Source of the DNA: Fidelibacterota bacterium
Lineage (GTDB): Bacteria; Fidelibacterota; Marinisomatia; Marinisomatales; UBA2128
Length of the DNA stretch: 54,724 nucleotides
Assembly: GCA_046861645.1 (NCBI GenBank)
Contig: JBHHUM010000007.1
Coordinates: forward strand, 1 to 54,724
Direction: 5' to 3'
In this document: positions 1 to 10,387 of the stretch, piece after piece
Layout: the number at the start of each line of letters is the position of its first letter
Numbering within the stretch: the stretch's first letter is position 1
Program-made: the position numbers and the translations under genes
Notes under the pieces: model-generated
Databases searched by the model: none
Told to the model about the DNA's origin: nothing
The model's input: only the letters and a program-made list of their open reading frames with translations

Positions 1-1105
1 CATCTGTTGCATCTCCATCTAATAATATCACTCCTGTAGGATTAAAGCCTTCCAATAATCCTCCCTCACCCGTTAGATCCTCTATTTCATCACCCAATAA
101 GGTCTGGAGTAGTTGCAATACCACGCTACCTGTTCCCTCACCTGTACCCCCTGCTTCCTCAGATTCCTCACTCAAATCCTTTACCTTAAAGGTCAGGATT
201 TCACTCAGAAGCTCCTCTTCACCAAAGGTCGTGGGCATGACTTTTTTAATCTGCCAGACATAAACACCACCCGGTTCAAGATCACCAGCACCTGAAGCAG
301 GATACTGAAAAGAGGTCACACCAAAACCTACACTATAAAATCCTTCAGATTGATTTAATGGGAGTCGGGTAGTTGATTCTATTGCTTGTTCAATAGAAGA
401 GTGAGCAGTGGGAATAAATTCTGCCACTCTGATCAGATATTCACATCCATTTGGAACCATACAGGGATCAGAATCCCACTGTAATACTGGATAAGATGTA
501 TATATTTCATTAACGGAAGTATCAGATAAAGTTCCTCCTGGAGAGATCAACTGCAGGTCTAAAGGAGAAGAGACATTTAAGATATCATCACGTAATACGG
601 GTGATCCCCCTTCTGGAGTGGCAGTCACCAGGAACCGATAGACACCGTCAGGTAACCTACCTGAAGCAATTACCGCATTGAGGAGTTCATCAGTTCGTGA
701 TAAATCAACAGTTTCCTCAACTTCTAAATCTAAATCAACTGGATTCCCAGCATCATCTAACAGTTGGCGTGTATTTAAAGTTAACATCTGATTCGTTAAA
801 GTAATTGGTGCAGTAAGAACTAAGGGATTTTTTGTATTGATATGGATTAATGTCTCTTCATCGTAGAATCCAAGAGCATCTGATTGTACTGTGATCTCAA
901 AATCAATATCCACAAGAACACTCTCTGCAGCACTTTCTGTCCTCTCCAACCTGGCCAGGAAAAGGGGCACATTCGACTCTCCAGTGCTAATATCCACAGC
1001 CGAAAGATAGTAAATGACATACGGTGTAAAATCAACCGTAAAGTCAATTACCTGAGAGAAAATCGGTACCAGAGATACTAAAGCCGTTGCTAATAACTTC
1101 TTCAT
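1..1105 (-). CDS. Secreted hypothetical protein, truncated by the window edge
   Basis: Not in the ORF track because it runs off the edge. ATG at 1105 gives MKKLLATALVSLVPIFSQVIDFTVDF (signal-peptide-like). The same frame reads ...LLEGFNPTGVILLDGDATD at the window edge; I checked both ends by hand, not every codon. Confidence 0.8.
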   Translation of the reverse strand, partial: MKKLLATALVSLVPIFSQVIDFTVDFTPYVIYYLSAVDISTGESNVPLFLARLERTESAAESVLVDIDFEITVQSDALGFYDEETLIHINTKNPLVLTAPITLTNQMLTLNTRQLLDDAGNPVDLDLEVEETVDLSRTDELLNAVIASGRLPDGVYRFLVTATPEGGSPVLRDDILNVSSPLDLQLISPGGTLSDTSVNEIYTSYPVLQWDSDPCMVPNGCEYLIRVAEFIPTAHSSIEQAIESTTRLPLNQSEGFYSVGFGVTSFQYPASGAGDLEPGGVYVWQIKKVMPTTFGEEELLSEILTFKVKDLSEESEEAGGTGEGTGSVVLQLLQTLLGDEIEDLTGEGGLLEGFNPTGVILLDGDATD

Positions 1106-1114
1106 AATGCGATG

Positions 1115-1143
1115 AATTTCGCTTTTAATGCTTGATAATACAA
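1115..1143 (-). promoter_or_regulatory. Putative sigma70-type promoter TTGTAT-17-GAAATT
   Basis: 17-nt spacer; the -10 ends 9 nt before the ATG at 1105; matches the promoter pattern recurring in this window. Confidence 0.4.
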
Positions 1144-1260
1144 AGATTTTTACTAACTAAAAAATCTCTAATCTATGAGGCGTGATTCAGAACACATGGT
1201 ATTAAGTTAGTAAGATATTTTTCGAATAAAGTTTATTACAAAAGTGTACTTTACTGATGA

Positions 1261-3546
1261 TCAGAGCTCATAAACAAGACTGAAAAAGTAGTTTCTTGTG
1301 GCTCCCGGCCAGTAAGCTACCCAACCCCAGCCCCAATCTTCCCCGTGAGTCACATACAGTGTGTCAAGTAAATTGTTGACTTTAACTCTCAATTTCAGGG
1401 ATTTCCACTGATAACTAATACCTAAATCGAGAAGGGTATAGTTATTGATGGCGTTGTCGTTTGTATTCAATGAATCAATGTACCTTTTGCCCACATATTG
1501 AACTCGCGTTCGTAACTGTAAATCTTTAAATAGACTAAATTCCATAGTAGCATTGGCTAGAATCCCTGGTCGGTTAGGAAGTAATTTTCCTTTCAATTCA
1601 TCACTTGTGTAATAATTACGACTGATCACTCCATTAACTCCCATCTGAAGTCGATTATTTATGTGCCAGTAAACATCAAGTTCCACACCTTCATGGGTTG
1701 TACCCGAAATCTGGTTATACTCATAGTAGCCCTCTTCTTCAAAGCTAACCTCCTGTAATACCTCATTGGCTAGATCAATTTGATACACATTTATACTAAG
1801 ATTGTGCGTTGTACTTGAGAAATAAATCCCCAATTCACTATCATAAATTAATTCTGGATAGGCGCCCTGTGGAGAGAACGACCATTCATCTGCATTAATA
1901 ATCTGATCATCAGCTGGTTCCTTCTCCGCTTTACCATAACTGCCAAAGATTGAAATATTGTCTTTAAAGTGATAAGTAAATCCTAAACGAGGATTAATAA
2001 AAATCCAGTTAGCAGAAATCTGGTGACCGGGGGCATGGCCAATCGATTTCTGATCCATTTTCCACAAGTGATTCAATAACTGGATGTCTGTTGTGAGTAA
2101 TAACCTCTCAGTAAGATCATAAACAACATGAGCAAAAACTGTAAGAGATTTTTTAGTGCCTATATAATTATAATATTTGAACTCATCAACATTTACCAAT
2201 TCCGGAGCAGAAAATTGGGATACCTTGCCAAAGTGATCCCCCTTATAAAATCTAATTTCCCCACCTAAATCCAGTCTTAAACGACTCCATTTAAGAGTCC
2301 ACTGAGGGACTATTCCAAAATAATCATTGACAATCCATTTACGGCGGAGAAGATCAGTTGTACTGTCAGCATAGGTTGAATCAGTGATAGTATCCAGATT
2401 ATAATCGTAAAATGATTTCCCTGTTTTTTCCGCTTCATAGTAACCACCTCCCATTACCAGGTAAGCGGTATTGTGGAAATAAGAACCATTATTAAATTTA
2501 AGGCGAGAATTGAGTGAGTAAACCTGCTGAAAGAAATTATCTGTAAAGCCTTTGTAGCCCTTTCTACGTAATTTACGATTATTAATATCATCTCCGTAAA
2601 CACCATCCCAAAGTAATTCTGTATTTTCATACCCTAACAGACCCCTGAACATATGGGTTATTTTCTTTCCATTATATTTTAAACCTAATGATAGTGCTTT
2701 TTGAAGACTATGGTGATATTCCCGGTAACCATCGGATTCTATCTGTGATAGTCGAGCTGAGAAGTTGAATTTATTACCCAATTTATTTCCTGATTGGTAC
2801 TTAATAGAATATTTTTTTGTGTTATAAGAACCGCTGCCAAGGGCAAGGGAGAATTTTTCCTTTCGTGTCAGCATACCTGATATCACATTAATTGATCCAC
2901 CGAAAGCTGCAGCTCCATAAAGACTATTCCCTATACCACGCTGAATTTGTACATCGAAAGCATCAGATAGAATATCCCCATGATCTACCCAATAAACTTG
3001 GTGGCTTTCATTGTCATTCAAGGGAACATTATCCAGCATTACTGCAATTCTACTTTGATCAAAACCCCGGATTGAAACATAAGAATAACCAGTACCATTA
3101 CCACTTTCGCTATAAGCAAAGACTCCCGGTTCCGTAGCTAAAACCATTGGGACGTCCTGAAAGTCATAGTGTACCTCAATTTCGTCTGAAGACAGTGTAG
3201 AGAATGCTGCCGGTGTCACTCCGGGAATGGCACGATTTGCAAGTACAAAGATTTCCTCCCCCCGAACAACAGCAACAGACAGCTTTATTATCATTTCTTC
3301 ATCAGCAGTTACATTGACCGTTTTATATCCAATATGTTGTATAGTTAAATTGCTGCCAATCGGGATGTTCAAAACAAAATAACCATCATCATCCGATGAC
3401 GTTCCAATCTCCCCGCTGATAACGTTAACTCCAGAAATAGCTTCTCCAGACTCAGCATCAATGATGCGACCGGTTACATTAGAAGATTGAGAATAAAGAA
3501 TCGAAAGAACTAGGACTGAAAAAATGAAAGAACTGATTTGTTTCAT
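1261..3546 (-). CDS. TonB-dependent receptor, probable thiamine/thiamine-precursor importer
   Basis: Signal peptide, N-terminal carboxypeptidase-regulatory-like domain (VTGRIIDAESGEAISGVNV), plug motifs (SIRGFDQSRIAVMLDNVPLND; IQRGIGNSLYGAAAFGGSIN), barrel end (VNNLLD...PGATRNYFFSLVYEL). Substrate inferred from the upstream TPP riboswitch. Confidence 0.92.
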   Translation of the reverse strand: MKQISSFIFSVLVLSILYSQSSNVTGRIIDAESGEAISGVNVISGEIGTSSDDDGYFVLNIPIGSNLTIQHIGYKTVNVTADEEMIIKLSVAVVRGEEIFVLANRAIPGVTPAAFSTLSSDEIEVHYDFQDVPMVLATEPGVFAYSESGNGTGYSYVSIRGFDQSRIAVMLDNVPLNDNESHQVYWVDHGDILSDAFDVQIQRGIGNSLYGAAAFGGSINVISGMLTRKEKFSLALGSGSYNTKKYSIKYQSGNKLGNKFNFSARLSQIESDGYREYHHSLQKALSLGLKYNGKKITHMFRGLLGYENTELLWDGVYGDDINNRKLRRKGYKGFTDNFFQQVYSLNSRLKFNNGSYFHNTAYLVMGGGYYEAEKTGKSFYDYNLDTITDSTYADSTTDLLRRKWIVNDYFGIVPQWTLKWSRLRLDLGGEIRFYKGDHFGKVSQFSAPELVNVDEFKYYNYIGTKKSLTVFAHVVYDLTERLLLTTDIQLLNHLWKMDQKSIGHAPGHQISANWIFINPRLGFTYHFKDNISIFGSYGKAEKEPADDQIINADEWSFSPQGAYPELIYDSELGIYFSSTTHNLSINVYQIDLANEVLQEVSFEEEGYYEYNQISGTTHEGVELDVYWHINNRLQMGVNGVISRNYYTSDELKGKLLPNRPGILANATMEFSLFKDLQLRTRVQYVGKRYIDSLNTNDNAINNYTLLDLGISYQWKSLKLRVKVNNLLDTLYVTHGEDWGWGWVAYWPGATRNYFFSLVYEL

Positions 3547-3551
3547 CGAAG

Positions 3552-3637
3552 CCTCCCTTCGCTGGTATTATCCAGATCAGGTTCGTAGGGTGTATCTCAG
3601 CCATTCTTACTAAACTGTTGAACAGCACCCCTGTAAA
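3552..3637 (-). promoter_or_regulatory. TPP (THI-box) riboswitch
   Basis: Minus strand reads AGGGGTGC...GGCTGAGATACACCCTACGAACCTGATCTGGATAATACCAGCGAAGGGAG, containing the diagnostic CTGAGA, ACCTGA and CTGG-ATAATA-CCAG-CG-GGGA elements. It ends in the GGGAGG SD just upstream of the receptor ATG. Confidence 0.95.
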
Positions 3638-3644
3638 CATAATT

Positions 3645-3673
3645 AATTTAAAGACTACCGTCTTCTTTTTCAA
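3645..3673 (-). promoter_or_regulatory. Putative promoter TTGAAA-17-TAAATT for the riboswitch/TBDR transcript
   Basis: Predicted +1 (~3638) coincides with the 5' edge of the aptamer. Confidence 0.65.
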
Positions 3674-3829
3674 GGTTATCCAATGAATCTTATTTTCTAG
3701 TAATATACTCGTTTCAAGTAGTAATCCAAAAATATCAGAAAAAATTGGGGCGGGTACTTATTTATATATGACGTAAAAAGCTAACTATTTACCTCCCTTC
3801 ATAACACTAAAACATAATCTCTATTCTAC

Positions 3830-3858
3830 TTGATTTACTGAGGTGATCGCTCTATTTT
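3830..3858 (+). promoter_or_regulatory. Putative promoter TTGATT-17-TATTTT for OPT-add
   Basis: 17-nt spacer; 13 nt upstream of the ATG at 3872; no obvious SD. Confidence 0.5.
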
Positions 3859-3871
3859 CTCGCCAATCGCA

Positions 3872-5782
3872 ATGGACTTTAACAACAAACCCATTCCAGA
3901 AATTACACTCAAGGCTGTCCTTTTGGGGATTATCCTTTCTGTGATTCTCGCTGGAGCAAATGCTTACTTAGGTCTTTTCGCTGGTATGACTGTTTCTGCC
4001 TCAATACCAGCAGCGGTTATCTCCATGGGTGTATTGAGACTTTTCCGTCAGTCAAACATTCTGGAGAACAATATTGTGCAAACTGCTGCATCTGCTGGGG
4101 AGTCACTGGCAGCAGGTGTAATCTTTACTCTACCAGCACTTATTGTGATGAAATTCTGGACTACTTTCAACTACTGGGAAACTACGATCATTGCTGCTTT
4201 AGGAGGAATTATCGGTGTACTTTTTACCATTCCTATCCGCCGGGCGTTGATTATCGAAGAAGACCTCCAATTCCCTGAGGGAGTCGCCACGGCTCAAGTG
4301 TTGAAAACAGGTGAAAAAGGAGGATCGGGGATTATCAGGATCGTACAAGCCGGACTTTTAGGAGCTATGTTTAAATTTGGTGAAACCGGTCTTCGCCTGT
4401 GGAGTGGAGTCGTTGAGGTGGGCAGTAGAGTGGGTTCGTCCATTGCCTATTTTGGCTCTAATCTCTCTCCTGCCTTAGTCTCCGTTGGGTATATTGTGGG
4501 TATTAATATAGCTGTCCTGGTTTTCTTCGGTGGGGCAATTAATTGGCTAATCGCTATTCCCATCTACGCTTCCAGTCATCCGTGGCCGGTTATTGATGGT
4601 CATCCCCTCTCAGCCGTAGAGTGGGCTGGACAAATCTGGTCTACCAAAACCCGCTTTTTAGGTGTGGGAGCTATGGTTGTTGGCGGGCTATGGGCCTTAG
4701 TCAATTTACGGGGTTCTATTTTAAATGGGATTCGCTCCAGCCTGGCCACCTATCGTAAAGGAAAGAAATTAAATTCAGAGGAAATTCCTCGCGAAGAACG
4801 AGATACCCCCATCCGCTGGGTAGGCATAGGATTATTGATTTCTTTACTCCCCATCTTTGCTGTTTACACCTATGTAACACAAAGTATAGGACCATCAATC
4901 GTAATGGCGGTGGTGATGCTCATCGCAGGTTTCCTTTTTTCTTCTGTAGCTGCTTATATGGCTGGATTAGTGGGTAGTTCAAATAATCCCATTTCAGGGG
5001 TTACTATAGCAACCATTCTATTCTCTTCCATCCTGCTCCTGGCTCTTATGGGTACGGGGAGTACGGTTGGACCAGCCGCAGCTATTATGGTAGGCGCCGT
5101 GGTTGCCTGTGCGGCAGCCATTGGTGGTGATAATCTCCAGGATCTGAAAGCAGGACATATCGTTGGAGCTACACCTTGGAAACAACAGGTGATGCAGATG
5201 GTTGGAGTTATTTCAGCAGCTATAGTACTCGGACCGGTACTCATTTTAATTGAAAAAGCTTATGGAATCGGAATTCCCACGGCCGAGCATCCTGACCCTC
5301 TTCCAGCTCCTCAGGCTGGACTAATGGAATCTGTAGCTAAAGGGGTTTTTGAGAGGAATCTGCCCTGGGGAATAATCATTACAGGTATGATTATCGCAAT
5401 CATTGTCATAATACTTGATAAATTCCAGGAAAATCGTGGATCATCTTTCCGATTACCTGTTCTAGCTGTAGCAGTAGGAATCTATCTTCCTTTCGAATTG
5501 TCTGTGCCGATTTTTGCAGGTGGATTGATTTCATGGATCGTGAATAAATCCAGAGGCGGAATTCAGATCGAAGGGGGTAGTGGACTCCTTTTTGCTTCGG
5601 GATTAATCACTGGTGAAGCCTTGGTTGGTATCCTGATGGCTATTCCCATCGTACTAGCCGCTGATAAGAATGTCTTAGCCATTGTTGAAGAACCTTTGGG
5701 CACATGGCCTGGGCTTATCCTACTAGCTGTGGTAGTGTATCTCCTTTACAGGGTAGCAGCAGGAGATGAAGAAACCACCTAA
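3872..5782 (+). CDS. OPT-family oligopeptide transporter
   Basis: Polytopic membrane protein with OPT signatures NAYLGLFAGMTVSASIPAAV, ENNIVQTAASAGES, FPEGVATA, GSSNNPISG, DNLQDLKAG, LPAPQA. Confidence 0.93.
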   Translation: MDFNNKPIPEITLKAVLLGIILSVILAGANAYLGLFAGMTVSASIPAAVISMGVLRLFRQSNILENNIVQTAASAGESLAAGVIFTLPALIVMKFWTTFNYWETTIIAALGGIIGVLFTIPIRRALIIEEDLQFPEGVATAQVLKTGEKGGSGIIRIVQAGLLGAMFKFGETGLRLWSGVVEVGSRVGSSIAYFGSNLSPALVSVGYIVGINIAVLVFFGGAINWLIAIPIYASSHPWPVIDGHPLSAVEWAGQIWSTKTRFLGVGAMVVGGLWALVNLRGSILNGIRSSLATYRKGKKLNSEEIPREERDTPIRWVGIGLLISLLPIFAVYTYVTQSIGPSIVMAVVMLIAGFLFSSVAAYMAGLVGSSNNPISGVTIATILFSSILLLALMGTGSTVGPAAAIMVGAVVACAAAIGGDNLQDLKAGHIVGATPWKQQVMQMVGVISAAIVLGPVLILIEKAYGIGIPTAEHPDPLPAPQAGLMESVAKGVFERNLPWGIIITGMIIAIIVIILDKFQENRGSSFRLPVLAVAVGIYLPFELSVPIFAGGLISWIVNKSRGGIQIEGGSGLLFASGLITGEALVGILMAIPIVLAADKNVLAIVEEPLGTWPGLILLAVVVYLLYRVAAGDEETT

Positions 5783-6854
5783 TATAACAACAACTGTCCT
5801 AAAGCAGCTACCTAAGGTCGAACTCCATTGTCATTTGGACGGTTCTATGCGATTATCCACAATCCTCGATCTAGCTGAAAAACAAGGTGTCAAACTCCCT
5901 TCCCATGATGCTGACCAACTCAGTAAAATTCTCACAATAGGTAAAAAACGAGGTACTTTAGAGGATTATCTGGATAAATTCAACATTACTTTAAGTGTAC
6001 TGCAAACGCCTGAAGCTCTGATTCGAGCAGCTCATGAGTTAGGTGAAGATGCCTCCGCTGAAAACGTCCGTTATATGGAGGTTCGTTACTCCCCAATCTT
6101 GCATACAACCCAGGGCATGACTCTCCAAGAGTCAGTAACGGCAGTACGCAAAGGGCTGCTACAGGCGGAAAAGGATTTTGGCATTAAAAGCGGAATCATT
6201 ATCTGCGGGATACGCAATATCGGTGCAGAAACTTCACTCAAACTCGCTGATTTAGCCGTTCAATTTAAGAATCGTGGCGTAGTTGGCTTCGACCTTGCTG
6301 GAGCCGAGGAAAACTTCCCAGCCAAGCATCATCGTGAAGCTTTTTATCTGATCCTGAATAACAATATTAATGCCACCATACACGCTGGAGAAGCTTATGG
6401 ACCTGAATCGATTCATCAGGCAGTCCATTACTGTGGAGCCCATAGAATTGGTCACGGTACACGATTGAAGGAAGATCGAGATCTGATGCAATACATTAAT
6501 GATCACCGTATTGCTTTAGAGATTTGCCTTACCAGCAATTATCAGACAAAGAGCATACGCAGCCTGAAATATCATCCCATTAAATTCTACTATGACAGGG
6601 GTATTAGAGTAACCTTAAACACTGACAATCGACTTATGTCAAGTACAACTCTCACGGGAGAGTTCCTGCTGGCAAGAGAACTGTTCGGATTTGATCTTTA
6701 TGATTTTCGTGAGTTCACCATCGCAGCCATGAAGAGCGCTTTTTTAAGATATGATCAGAGGAAAGAAATGATTCGGACAATAGCTGAAGAATTAGAGGGT
6801 GAATTTGGACTAATGCCTGAGTACTTTCCTCGTGAATGGGCTCAGTCAGAATAA
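5766..6854 (+). CDS. add: Adenosine deaminase family enzyme
   Basis: LPKVELHCHLDGS, YMEVRYSP, GFDLAGAE, HAGE, RIGHG, EICLTSN, NTDNRLMS; GGAG SD; overlaps the OPT gene by 17 nt. Confidence 0.92.
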   Translation: MKKPPNITTTVLKQLPKVELHCHLDGSMRLSTILDLAEKQGVKLPSHDADQLSKILTIGKKRGTLEDYLDKFNITLSVLQTPEALIRAAHELGEDASAENVRYMEVRYSPILHTTQGMTLQESVTAVRKGLLQAEKDFGIKSGIIICGIRNIGAETSLKLADLAVQFKNRGVVGFDLAGAEENFPAKHHREAFYLILNNNINATIHAGEAYGPESIHQAVHYCGAHRIGHGTRLKEDRDLMQYINDHRIALEICLTSNYQTKSIRSLKYHPIKFYYDRGIRVTLNTDNRLMSSTTLTGEFLLARELFGFDLYDFREFTIAAMKSAFLRYDQRKEMIRTIAEELEGEFGLMPEYFPREWAQSE

Positions 6855-6864
6855 TTTAGATTTT

Positions 6865-9216
6865 TCATTCACGTATTACAGCTACTTTAGTAACTAAAGA
6901 TTCTCCTCCCGGTTCATAAACTGCTATCAAATAAATTCCTGTGCCCACTAATTCCCCTGAATCAGTCCGTCCATCCCAGAACGCCTGATAACCAGAAACT
7001 TCCGTTGAGGTAGACTTAATTGTACGGAGTACTCGTCCAGACATCGTGAAAATCTTCAACGAGGTCTCATCCCTGAGACCATCGATCACCATAGGTATAG
7101 TACTGGGAATTCGAAATGGACTGGGGAAAGTCCTCAAACTACTATAAGACTTCCGTTCCTCAGCAAAGGGAATCTTCAGACTGTTAATTCCCTTTGATGT
7201 GGCAATATAGGCGATGCCACGGTTATTATCAAAAGCGACGGCCAACACTTCATCGGAGAGTAAAAAACTGTTATCGGGATGAAACCCACTCCAATCTGGC
7301 CATGCTGATGAATTGGCAAGAAGAACATATAATCCATTAGATGTCGAGTTTAACCAGATGTTTTCTCGTCCATCACTTACGATCTTAGATCCTTCACCAA
7401 ACCCAATTCCAGAGTAATAGGTAAAAAAATACGGGGTCGCAGAGGTGAATGATTCATTGAAAGTGAGACGTCTCAAACCCAGGGGGGTAAGTACCCAGGC
7501 TGTACCACTTTCGTTGACAACCTGTGCCCAAACTGTATTATCGTCTGTCTGGTCATTGCTGTTAAAAGAGTGCCAATCCACTAGAACCGTATCTCTCCCA
7601 TCTTCAGTCAGAGAAAATTCATATTCCACAACAAAAAATCTCCCTTTGCGAATATGATCTTCATTACTTCCTACCATAAAAATTCCATCTTCCTCCAAAA
7701 CTAAGAGATCAGTGGGATTATAACATTTATCGGATAAACCAGTTTGCGGGATGTGAATCCATTGGCTATCAGCAGTAAAAATAGTAATCTTCTTGTCAAT
7801 ATCATCTGCACCAAAATTAGATATCCACAGGTTTTTCTCATCATCTACAAACAAACCACGAAGGTTTAATGAACCCTCGTTACTGTGGGGATTCAATGGA
7901 CTATTCAGAACATCGTAGATTACAAAATTCCCGGGATTTTCCAGTTGGAAGGACATCAATCCTCCTCTGATGGTATCACCACCAGTTGTCACTACTGGTA
8001 GAGAACCCTGAAGAGAATAATAAATCCAACCATCCCGCTCAACTACCGACCATACCCTATTTGTACGATACATAATGGTATCGGCAACAAATCCGGAATA
8101 GTCCTCAGTAGTAAAATCGTGAAAGGCTTCTGATTTTGTAGATACTACGAGGTTGTACCACCCATCCTCAGACAAGATCGCAACTCCTTTTGACCCCGCT
8201 GCTACCAGTCGTCCATCATCTAATATGGTCAAAGCTGTAAAAACATTGCTGGCCAGGGAATTAGGAGCGTACCAGGAAACAGTTTCTGTAATTACATCCC
8301 ACAGAGCCAATCCACGAACCGTAGAAATAATCAAATTCCCATCGGTGGAAAGTGTTATACTGTTACATTTATGATCCAATCGCCAATATTCTACTACTTC
8401 TCCCTCTGCATTATGTTTGAACAATACTTGATTGGCAAGTGTGTACAAGGTCCCATCTGGTAAACGAAGCAAATCTTTCAGACTCAGATTCGTTGAAGAA
8501 ACAAGCTGAAGTGAATCAGTAATACTCCAGGTATCTCCATCAGACATAACCAAGAGCTCATCGCCTATTTTCCGTATCCTGACGACGTCGGTAATTTCCG
8601 AAATCAAATTCCAATTCTGTGGATAATTAAGGATAAAGTCTCGATAATTACCTACGAAAATTCCCCTGTCTGTTGCCACAAACAAGGAATCATTCCTGAT
8701 AGCAACACCAGAAATAAACGAAAGCTGCTCAGCAGAGGGGTTAAAAATTTGTCGGTAGCGATAAGCATCATCTTTCCAAATAAATTCTAGAATACCCCAG
8801 TTCTGGTTCTGTGAATAAGAGACAAAAGCAAAAGAATCAGAAACAGCGATATTGGAAATTTCAGAAAGATCAAAATCAAAGATAGCTACTGATTCGTGAC
8901 GCAAAAGATCATAAATCTGTACTACTCCGTTGGGTGACGCCCCCCCTATCCACAGGTGATTATTCTTATCAATGGCTATGGAATTGATATCCGTGGTAAC
9001 CAGTCCCTCGATATTGTTCATCATCTCAAATTTACCTGATACCTGATGGTATAGTAAGATCCCACCAGAGGTAGCTGAAACAATAGTGTCGCCAAGTTGA
9101 ATACTTTGTTCTATATCAAGATGAGAGGTATAAGAAAACCACTCTCCGACTCGACTCTGAGAATAAGCGGAAATAATAAAAAAGTAACAAAAAGGAATCA
9201 AAAAAAACTTATGCAA
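6865..9216 (-). CDS. PorZ-like beta-propeller protein with C-terminal FlgD-Ig/T9SS-type domain
   Basis: Signal peptide, then VGEWFSYTS start typical of PorZ; propeller repeats (INSIAIDKNNHLWIG; DGRENIWL; PDNSFLLSDEVLAVAFD; YIATSKGI); C-terminal FPSPF...WDGRTDSGELVGTGIY...KVAVIR. Confidence 0.7.
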   Translation of the reverse strand: MHKFFLIPFCYFFIISAYSQSRVGEWFSYTSHLDIEQSIQLGDTIVSATSGGILLYHQVSGKFEMMNNIEGLVTTDINSIAIDKNNHLWIGGASPNGVVQIYDLLRHESVAIFDFDLSEISNIAVSDSFAFVSYSQNQNWGILEFIWKDDAYRYRQIFNPSAEQLSFISGVAIRNDSLFVATDRGIFVGNYRDFILNYPQNWNLISEITDVVRIRKIGDELLVMSDGDTWSITDSLQLVSSTNLSLKDLLRLPDGTLYTLANQVLFKHNAEGEVVEYWRLDHKCNSITLSTDGNLIISTVRGLALWDVITETVSWYAPNSLASNVFTALTILDDGRLVAAGSKGVAILSEDGWYNLVVSTKSEAFHDFTTEDYSGFVADTIMYRTNRVWSVVERDGWIYYSLQGSLPVVTTGGDTIRGGLMSFQLENPGNFVIYDVLNSPLNPHSNEGSLNLRGLFVDDEKNLWISNFGADDIDKKITIFTADSQWIHIPQTGLSDKCYNPTDLLVLEEDGIFMVGSNEDHIRKGRFFVVEYEFSLTEDGRDTVLVDWHSFNSNDQTDDNTVWAQVVNESGTAWVLTPLGLRRLTFNESFTSATPYFFTYYSGIGFGEGSKIVSDGRENIWLNSTSNGLYVLLANSSAWPDWSGFHPDNSFLLSDEVLAVAFDNNRGIAYIATSKGINSLKIPFAEERKSYSSLRTFPSPFRIPSTIPMVIDGLRDETSLKIFTMSGRVLRTIKSTSTEVSGYQAFWDGRTDSGELVGTGIYLIAVYEPGGESLVTKVAVIRE

Positions 9217-9218
9217 AA

Positions 9219-10334
9219 TTAGAGAACCTCAATCGGTATGGGGATAAAACATAGAATTAATATGGCTATGCAGATCCAGCCGATATTTCTCTCTCTTTTC
9301 CCAATAGGTACATCAATATCTTGTATTGGGGGGTGTTTAACTGTTCGCATCAATACTAAAATCAACGCCGCCCAAAACCACCAGTGAGGAGATATAAATC
9401 CTAAAGGTAACAGGGACAGAAACACCCATTTAGCAAAGACGTTATGTTTCTTCCCCATAATGGCATAAGCAATATGTCCTCCATCCAGTTGTCCTATTGG
9501 AAGAAGGTTCAACATAGTCACAAGAAAGCCGATCCAGCCAGCAAAGATCAGTGGGAAGTGGTATATTTCATCCATAGGAATCGTGATCTGAAACAGTTTC
9601 GATAGAGTTGAAAACATGATTGACGTTCCCATACTAAGCTGAATACTTGCAGTATCAGGTAATCCGATATGCATCACACCATGAACTTGTTTTATATGTT
9701 CAAAAACATAGTCCTGATTGGGAATCAGAGCATAACCCAGGAGAATGGCTATTACACTCATTACAAAGCCAGCTATTGGTCCAGCCGCACCAATGTCCAA
9801 TAAGGCTTGCCGACTCCTGATAGGACTCTTGATACGAATAAAAGCTCCAAAGGTCCCGAACATAATAAGAAAAGGAGGAGCCGGAAGGAAAAAAGGTAGA
9901 GTGGCTTCTACATTGTGTTTACGTGTGTAGTAATAGTGTCCAAACTCATGAGAACCTAGAATTAACAGCAGTGAAATCGAATAAGGAAACCCTTTAGCCA
10001 GATCACTGGGAAATTGTAATGGGCTACCACCTTGCAGGAATGCCCCAGCGAAAAGAGTAGTTAACACAGTTAACCCGAAAAGGATTAAATTAAGTGGTGG
10101 GATTACCATAAGGGGCTCTGGTTTATCTTCTATATGGAGAATAATCACGGGTCCATTTTCCATGACCTTATAATTCAATTGCCGAGATCGTAATCGATCT
10201 TTCATTTCAGAAATTGTTCTCCCCTGACGAAGCCAACCCTGAGCAATCCATTCACGAGCTTTGTTTCCAATTTTTTCAACAATGAAAATATCATCGATTA
10301 ATAAAACTACTTCCCTGAATTCACTTTCTGTCAT
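9219..10334 (-). CDS. Site-2 protease (M50 family) membrane metalloprotease
   Basis: HEFGH zinc motif, GAAGP, NLLPIGQLDGGH; multiple TM segments; no PDZ domain. Confidence 0.92.
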   Translation of the reverse strand: MTESEFREVVLLIDDIFIVEKIGNKAREWIAQGWLRQGRTISEMKDRLRSRQLNYKVMENGPVIILHIEDKPEPLMVIPPLNLILFGLTVLTTLFAGAFLQGGSPLQFPSDLAKGFPYSISLLLILGSHEFGHYYYTRKHNVEATLPFFLPAPPFLIMFGTFGAFIRIKSPIRSRQALLDIGAAGPIAGFVMSVIAILLGYALIPNQDYVFEHIKQVHGVMHIGLPDTASIQLSMGTSIMFSTLSKLFQITIPMDEIYHFPLIFAGWIGFLVTMLNLLPIGQLDGGHIAYAIMGKKHNVFAKWVFLSLLPLGFISPHWWFWAALILVLMRTVKHPPIQDIDVPIGKRERNIGWICIAILILCFIPIPIEVL

Positions 10335-10387
10335 AGCTCAGTCAGTTTTAACGGAAGTCCATTATTACAGTTCCATCATGGTTGATC

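Noticed and set aside
1144..1167. Inverted repeat agattttt/aaaaatct as terminator or operator
   Set aside because: Low-complexity A/T arms, weak stem, no second instance.
3479..3673. 64-aa ORF upstream of the TBDR (leader peptide?)
   Set aside because: Runs through the promoter and TPP aptamer; its start is the -35 hexamer.
3694..3706. 13-bp match (tttctagtaatat) to the reverse complement of 51200..51212
   Set aside because: AT-rich, no extension, expected by chance.
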